Of a DNA stretch of 64,000 nt, positions 62,109 through 64,000 are shown piece by piece. The translations under genes and the position numbers were made by a program. The notes under the pieces were generated by a model. The model was given only the letters and a program-made list of their open reading frames with translations, was not told the DNA's origin and made no database searches. This DNA is from Mobula hypostoma. Taxonomy: Eukaryota. Where the stretch lies: contig NC_086100.1 in the NCBI RefSeq assembly GCF_963921235.1, forward strand, positions 11,594,001 through 11,658,000, given 5' to 3'. How positions within the stretch are numbered: position 1 is the stretch's first letter; each line of letters opens with the position of its first letter.

Positions 62109-62667
62109 TGTGTGCAGTTTTGGTCCCCTAATCTGACAAAAGACATCCTTGCCAAGAGGGAGTACAAAGAAGGTTCACCAGATTGATTCCTGGGATGTCA
62201 GGACTTTCATATGATGAAAGACTGGATCGACTAGGCTTATACTCGTTGGAATTTAGAAGATTGAGGGGGGATACTATTGAAACATATAAAATCCTAAAGA
62301 GACTGGACAGGCTAGATGCAGGAAGATTGCTCCCGATGTTAGGGAAGTCCAGAACGAGGGGTCACAGTTTGAGGATAAAGGGAAGCCTTTTAGGACCAAG
62401 ATTAGGAAAAACTTCTTCACACAGAGAGTGGTGAATCTGTGGAATTCTCTGCCACAGGAAACAGTTGAGGCCAGTTCATTGGCTATATTTAAGAGGGAGT
62501 TAGATATGGCCCTTATGGCTAAAGTGATCAGGGAGTATGGGGGGAAGGCTAGTACAGGGTTATGAGTTGGATGATCAGCCATGATCATACTGAATGGTGG
62601 TGCCGGCTCGATGGGCCGAATGGTCTACTCCTGCACCTATTTTCTATGTTTCTATGTTTCTATGTTT
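62109..62667 (+). mobile_element. CR1 3' fragment, same subfamily as the intact element
   Basis: Closely matches the reverse complement of ~39965-40515; (TTTCTATG)3 tail. Confidence 0.93.
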
Positions 62668-63395
62668 TCCAAATACTCTGCCTGACCCGCTGAGTTCCTA
62701 CAGCAGTCCTGTGGGGACGTCTTTTATTCTGTTTGTCAAAAGTCAGTTCCATTGTGATTGGTTAGTTCAGAATCTGCAGCGGCATTTCCCATTGGATGGA
62801 TGCCTGGTTTCCAATTTCAAATATCCTGGGTTTTAAAATTGCATGTGAAAGAGACTTTCTCTCTTCTTCCTTTGCTTAAGACATGACCATTGGGAAGGTA
62901 TGCTCTGTGCTCATTTTTAACTAAGTATGTTTGTTTAATGTACTGATGTCTGTTGAGAATTCAGATTTCTAGTGTCTGTAACTTGGGGAACATGAATATT
63001 TGGCGTATTTTTTGCCGTGTAATTTTGGTGTAATTTTTGCCTGAGAGTGTATTCTGTATCACTTGCCAGACTCTCGAACCGGATTATATCGCTCTCAAGG
63101 GATGAATAACATCTCATAAATAAGAAAACCGAGCATCACAGTGGACAAATTCCTTTCCAGTGGATTGAATGTACTGTATAATGCCTTGAATTAGACACAT
63201 CACTGAATGTTCCATTCCATTTGACTAGAGAACTCCCAGACTGGCGCTGTGGGATCTAATTTACCACCATCCCCAGCGATAGTGCACAATCAGCTGGGAA
63301 AAAAAGAGAATATTTAATGTGTTTTTTCCAGAATTTCTGATCTGGAGAAAATAACAAGAATAATATTTAAATAAAACCTCTGTTTTCGCGCCATA

Positions 63396-63402
63396 GTGTG
63401 TT

Positions 63403-63450
<48 letters not shown>
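63396..63450. repeat. (TG)n microsatellite
   Basis: More than 20 TG units. Confidence 0.95.
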
Positions 63451-63453
<3 letters not shown>

Positions 63454-63680
63454 TTGTACAAAGGACTGTTTATGACCGATAATTCTATATTTCATGTTGA
63501 TGCAACAAGCTTAGTTATCATTATACCATGCTATTTCAGCAGAAATATAAGCCATGAATAGAATTAGGTAAAAATAATTAGGCGATCATTAGCTCTGAAA
63601 TTGAAAGTACTTTTGAATGGGTAAAAGCAACATGCTCTCAGAGAGATTAAGAATTGCCAAACTATAAGAGGTAAACTCAC

Positions 63681-63883
63681 CTTTTGCACAGAGCGGGTTT
63701 AGGTGTAAAGTTAAATGAATGGATGTCATGAATCAGATCCAAATGCATGGTGAATATTCCGCCGAGGATGATATCTCCATCTTTGGACAAATCAGGCAAA
63801 TCAACTTTTGCTCGCCGTTTACAGAGGATTCCATGCGTTTCTGGTAAAGCGGTGAGGAACAGCAAAAGCAGAAACGGAGACAT
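63681..63883 (-). CDS. Gene C exon 1; the six exons give an intact 862-aa class C GPCR
   Basis: MSPFLLLLFLTALPETHG signal peptide, KDGDIILGGIF, GTGAGT donor; exon sum 203+292+834+228+124+908 = 2589 nt. An alternative in-frame ATG lies at 63913. Confidence 0.92.
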
Positions 63884-64000
63884 CACTCTCTCGTAGCGAC
63901 TTGTTACTATCATAGGGAAGAACACTTATGTTGTCTCATTGGAGACATGAAGATGTATCAGGACTATTTGAAGCTGCTATAGCTATTATAATGTATCAAG

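Overview
Vertebrate genomic DNA; the repeat landscape (CR1 LINEs with an esterase ORF1, Penelope-like elements, V-SINE) suggests a cartilaginous fish, probably a ray or shark, which is an inference. The window is part of a tandem cluster of class C GPCR chemoreceptor genes (V2R/OlfC type), all on the minus strand. Gene A is partial (exon 1 and the start of exon 2, running off the left edge). Gene B (22525-30054) and gene C (35733-63883) each have six coding exons with GT-AG junctions that splice into open frames of 863 and 862 aa. Most of the rest is nested retroelements: CR1 LINEs including one with intact ORF1 and ORF2 (39965-44040), Penelope-like fragments, solo LTRs, SINEs and a ~670-bp non-autonomous element present twice. 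Two signals stand out. (1) A canonical -1 ribosomal frameshift heptamer (U_UUA_AAC) sits at the end of ORF1 in five CR1 copies; in the two best-preserved copies ORF2 is open in the -1 frame, and in the intact copy ORF2 has no AUG before its endonuclease domain. (2) Minimal type I hammerhead ribozymes lie in Penelope-derived termini, including tiny insertions flanked by target-site duplications (TSDs) and arranged as inverted repeats.
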